Source of the DNA: Phoronis australis
Lineage: Eukaryota; Animalia; Phoronida
DNA length: 63,298 nucleotides
Assembly: GCA_002633005.1 (NCBI GenBank)
Contig: NMRA01000587.1
Span: 199,222-262,519 of the forward strand
Reading direction: 5' to 3'
The position numbers and the translations under genes are program-made. A model generated the notes under the pieces. It worked only from the letters and a program-made list of their open reading frames with translations. It made no database searches and was not told where the DNA came from. Of the stretch, positions 59,106 through 63,298 are shown one piece after another. Each line of letters opens with the position of its first letter. Positions within the stretch are counted from its first letter, which is position 1.

Positions 59106-62013
59106 AGACGTAAAACGTTCTCTAGGACTTCGCTCATGCTTGCTTGTTTCTGCATATATCACAATTTGAGCGTAATTTGCAAACAAATAAACCAATTAGG
59201 AAATTAAGGGACCTATTCAGCATTTATCGACAAATAAACTATTAGATGGGCTATACAATTAGCGAGACTATCCACTTAATATCTATTAGCAAGGTTGCAT
59301 AAGTGAATGTTTCATGATGTTTCGTGCGTGTCATCTGTCGACCACATGAATATTGTAATACAACATAGTGTGGTACGCAACATCACGTTAAGTCCAAAAG
59401 AAGGCAAGAAAACAACTGAGCAAATATCTTTCAGAATTTTGATTGTTTACGAACACTTATCTCCACAACTAGAAATTATTGTCTTAACAGTGAATTCGTT
59501 AGTAGGCCTGACAATTTGCCTGAAAACTGCATGCTCTTCAATGTGTGGCTATTTAGCCATCATGTGTTGCTTATCTTTTCTCAAAAACTGCAAGACTGGG
59601 CTACCAACCGTTCACCAGAGCAAAATCTACAAAATCGTGACTGCTTCGGGCATTATTTACAGAGTTAAAGGTAACTGGACGAAGCAACTATGTTATCGGA
59701 AGATTCCGACTACGAGGATACGAATGGAGAGAACACACCCGGTCGACTGCGTTCAGACAGGTTTATTTCAAGTGTTTCGTTATCGAAAAGCAGAGCATCA
59801 CCATCAACCCTACCAGCTGACTCAAATTGTTGGCTTTTGTGACGTAGTGAGAGACCACGTGGCGAATTATGCTCCAGTTTCGGAAATTTTGTCCTAAAAG
59901 ATGACCTAGATGACCGTGGAATTAGTTGTTAAAGGGTTCGTATGCGTAACCCTAGAAAAATGGGAAATTCTGATCATTATGCTTGATAAACGGAAAATCA
60001 GATTCAAATTGAACTTTCAGATAATATATGGTTGAAGCAATGATTTTTAGCTAACGTTAAGGAGTTGCTTTTGATGTGTTTCATTTTTTTCACAAGATAC
60101 TGTAAAGAATTATGACTGAGCACTTGAGTAATACGAAAAACGAAAAAGTAATTTAGAAAGCTGTACTAGATTTTATAAATTTTCATCTTGAACGATATTC
60201 AAAGAAATTCAGTCGCATTCATGATACCACTGATTCAACGTGAACATAAAAAATCACAAAACACACGGACACGTGACCATTAAGTAATATGCATAGTTCT
60301 AAACCATTTTCTACTGTCAGGGAATTTACTGATTAAAATTATATGATTTTGTGAATATTTAGCTAAAAACTACGAGCTAGAACCCCTAATTTTCATCTCT
60401 CGGTACCAATCAAGGTGGTGTCTGACAACATAATGCATTCTTTAGATCCATACGACTACTTCTCATTTTTCTTGCTGGCAAACTAAAAATGCACGGATCT
60501 GCTGCCAACATTAGGTAGAACGCTTGCCGGCAAATACAAGCACTGCGTGTCAGTAGTGTCATACAGGATTTAACAAATGCACTGACGGAATCGTCTCACT
60601 AAACATTTAACCTTTGAAGAGCTGTGACGAATTCCAAGGGTTTCCAACTGAAATAAAAACGTGCGCACTTGCATAGGTAAGAAGATACTGCTGACGTATT
60701 TTACTAATTGGTGTAGCTTAGGGTTTGTATTCGGTGTGTCTAAAATTACAAGTTTAGGTCAGAACATCGTTTGGACATAAGGTTGCTGTCATGTTCAAGA
60801 TTACAGATTCTTTGGGTAACGATAAATAAACAGATATTGCAACGCTAGGGAACACTTTAGAGGAAAAAAACAAAACAAAACATGCAGCTCGATTTCTGCT
60901 ACTTTTTGTATATCAAAGTAGACACTATGTTTGCGGCACTTATTCCTATACAAAGACAAAGTTAATTTGCCTAATTGAGCTGTTTAGCAAATTGGCATTA
61001 ATTTGGATGGAGCAGGGCGTAGTTATTCTTATCAATAATGCAAAGTTGTTAGAGCGAAGAGCGTATTTTGTCGGTGCCACTGATTGAGCCCGTATAGTTA
61101 CTGCACTCAATAGCTAGGATGATCACGCAGGTGAAGTTTGGTTGAGTGCGATGGGAAAAAGGCAGAAGATGCTTATTTCCGTCAAGACAGCCTTACTGGT
61201 AAGCTAACTTCAAAACTTAATCAGCGGTAACTTACATGTACGCAACGCTTTCAGTAACAACTCACGAGAAGACAATTTGCATCACATTTTCTTCGAGAAT
61301 TTACGAGCGACTGAATTTCGAATTTTTGATACCAGTGACTGTCACGTAGCTGATACGCACTTTGCCTCCAATCAAGGTGAATTCACTTTCATAGGTTGTC
61401 AAGGTAATACGTCGAAAAGCTGCCTCGTTGATTCGAATTAAATAATTCCGACAAAAACTGTGAAGGTACGACCGCCAAAGTTACGGTAGCGACGACCCTA
61501 CGAGCGCAAAGCCAACTGAATACCGATGTCGAAGTTCTTTGCAGTCGTACTACAGCAACTGCTACTCTACGATACATGTGTTTTCGATCTCATTTCAGTA
61601 TAGGTCGGTAGCAGACCTTTCTAAACACAAACTTCATTAAAAACATGACTGAAATTTATGTTCTTTAGCTTCACAGAAAATACTATTGTGTTTTTAATCA
61701 AGTTTGATCTCGGTTTCACTGAAATTGTTGCCATGTAGAGCAGCATTGTTAAAGCGACTATATGGCAGCCTTCCATCATTAAAACAACATTCGATTTAAA
61801 CTACATAATGTCGTTGTGAAATTGGTTTCAAATTGTTCCTTAGTGAAATTGCAGGTGATTGCAGTGCTGTATTGCGCTGACAAATCATTGTTGCTAGATA
61901 CCAGGTGATAAGATTTATCGCGGCATACAATTTCATGCGTCTCGAGGAATAAGAACTACCAGGTCTTTGCAAACTCAGGAACCATTTCTCAGTTGAATGA
62001 AGACTAAGGTGTT

Positions 62014-62252
62014 CAGTGGGGAATTTAAGGGGGGGGGGGGGGAGGGGGCCATGGCCCCCNNNNNNNNNNNNNNNNNNNNNNNNNNNNNNNNNNNNNNNNN
62101 NNNNNNNNNNNNNNNNNNNNNNNNNNNNNNNNNNNNNNNNNNNNNNNNNNNNNNNNNNNNNNNNNNNNNNNNNNNNNNNNNNNNNNNNNNNNNNNNNNNN
62201 NNATACTCTGCCCTGCCCCCCCCCCCTTACTAAAAATCCTGGATTCACCCCT
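62014..62252. mobile_element. G-rich MITE interrupted by an assembly gap (N 62060-62202)
   Basis: Ends CAGTGGGGAATTTAAGGGGG and CCTGGATTCACCCCT resemble those of the 3304-3581 type. Confidence 0.5.
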
Positions 62253-63135
62253 AAATCTTTACGATCAAACCATGTGAATACCTGATGAGCATGTTGAATT
62301 ATGTTTCAGTGGTAAAGAACCACTTTTATTATTGCAATTTGGTTTGTTTATGGCGTTCTAGGTCTCTTCAAAAAATATAAAACAAAAAAAACATTTGCTA
62401 AACACTAGGAACAATGAAGACTGACATCATTTTGATCCATTACCTCAAAGATGGTTTAATGGATCGGTGTCCTAATACATTACGTTACTGAGGATCCATT
62501 TTGTCAAAATTGACATAATAGTTCACATTGACATAGAGTAGATAACGGGCCGTTTTGATATAGGTTGGTCAAAATGGAATAACGGTCAAAAGACATTATG
62601 GGTAAAACAACCAGACCCTTCTTTTTGAAATCATTGTCCGCTCTTTAATGTTGGCCGGTCTTATCTGAGTACTAGTAGGTTGATAACATTGGAGAGTTCC
62701 ATTGTTTTGCAATTTTCTTATTTTGATGCCAGATTATTTATTGCATAAGAGAACTGGCGTTTTTGTAGGGACTTGGATAAAACAAACAGATTGCATATTA
62801 AGAACATCTTAGCAACTTAGCTGCTTTCTGTAAAAAATGTCTTTGTTCAATGTTCTACTTCGTATTGGTGATTTAATGTCATATTTAGAGATTCCACATT
62901 TCCATAGGATCTTTCCATACTTGCGCCCTCTTTCTTACATTTCAGAACTCATTATAATGTGTAGTCAATTATTTCATTGATGTGCACTGTGCAAATCATA
63001 ATTAGCAATTAGACGCAAAATGAATTTCGCTGGCATATAATAGCGATCTATTACGTGACTACTGTAGGTACCCCAATGGAATTGTGACTTTCCGATATTT
63101 TCTCTATGGAAGTGTTAGTTCTGTTTATGTGTTAG

Positions 63136-63298
63136 GTGGCACTGAACAGTTAGACCGTTGCAGCCGCGGCCAAGTGGCACTGAACAGTTAGACTGCGGCC
63201 GCGGCCAAGTGGCACTGAACAGTTAGACTGCGGCCGCGGCCAAGTGGCACTGAACAGTTAGACTGCGGCCGCGGCCAAGTGGCACTGAACGGTTAGAC
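63136..63298. repeat. 35-bp GC-rich tandem repeat running off the window end
   Basis: Unit GTGGCACTGAACAGTTAGACTGCGGCCGCGGCCAA; at least 4.5 copies; the first is a 38-bp variant. Confidence 0.95.

Noticed and set aside
58827-59207. Poly-Asn ORF and its hydrophobic antisense ORF
   Set aside because: Trinucleotide microsatellite.
59929-60460. TTAA-AGGG-starting element resembling a Kolobok-type non-autonomous transposon
   Set aside because: The right-hand inverted repeat is too degenerate to support.
63136-63298. 35-bp repeat considered as a CRISPR array
   Set aside because: Units are contiguous with no unique spacers, there are no cas genes, and the context is eukaryotic.

Overview
AT-rich genomic DNA from an invertebrate animal (spliceosomal GT-AG introns, many MITE/SINE/LINE remnants, two N gaps); the species cannot be fixed from sequence alone. 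I could assemble three protein-coding genes by hand. (1) A complete BMP1/tolloid-like astacin metalloprotease on + (19 coding exons, 8210-38357, 1027 aa: signal peptide, basic prodomain, astacin domain, CUB1-CUB2-EGF1-CUB3-EGF2-CUB4-CUB5). (2) COX10, protoheme IX farnesyltransferase, on - (6 coding exons, 50278-44561, about 482 aa), convergent with BMP1. (3) A GT31 beta-1,3-galactosyltransferase-like type II membrane gene on + whose start codon appears to be split by an intron (AT|G, 54791-54792 joined to 55584-56685, 367 aa). The rest is introns and intergenic DNA with non-autonomous DNA transposons (some with clear 5- or 6-bp target-site duplications), a foldback element, tRNA-derived SINE heads, a LINE 3' remnant and tandem repeats. 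I see no convincing novel multi-gene system. The most unusual observations are the split ATG with ATG-TAA dead-end alternatives, the very Lys/Arg-rich BMP1 prodomain with a variant Asp-switch motif, and a possible short BMP1 isoform.
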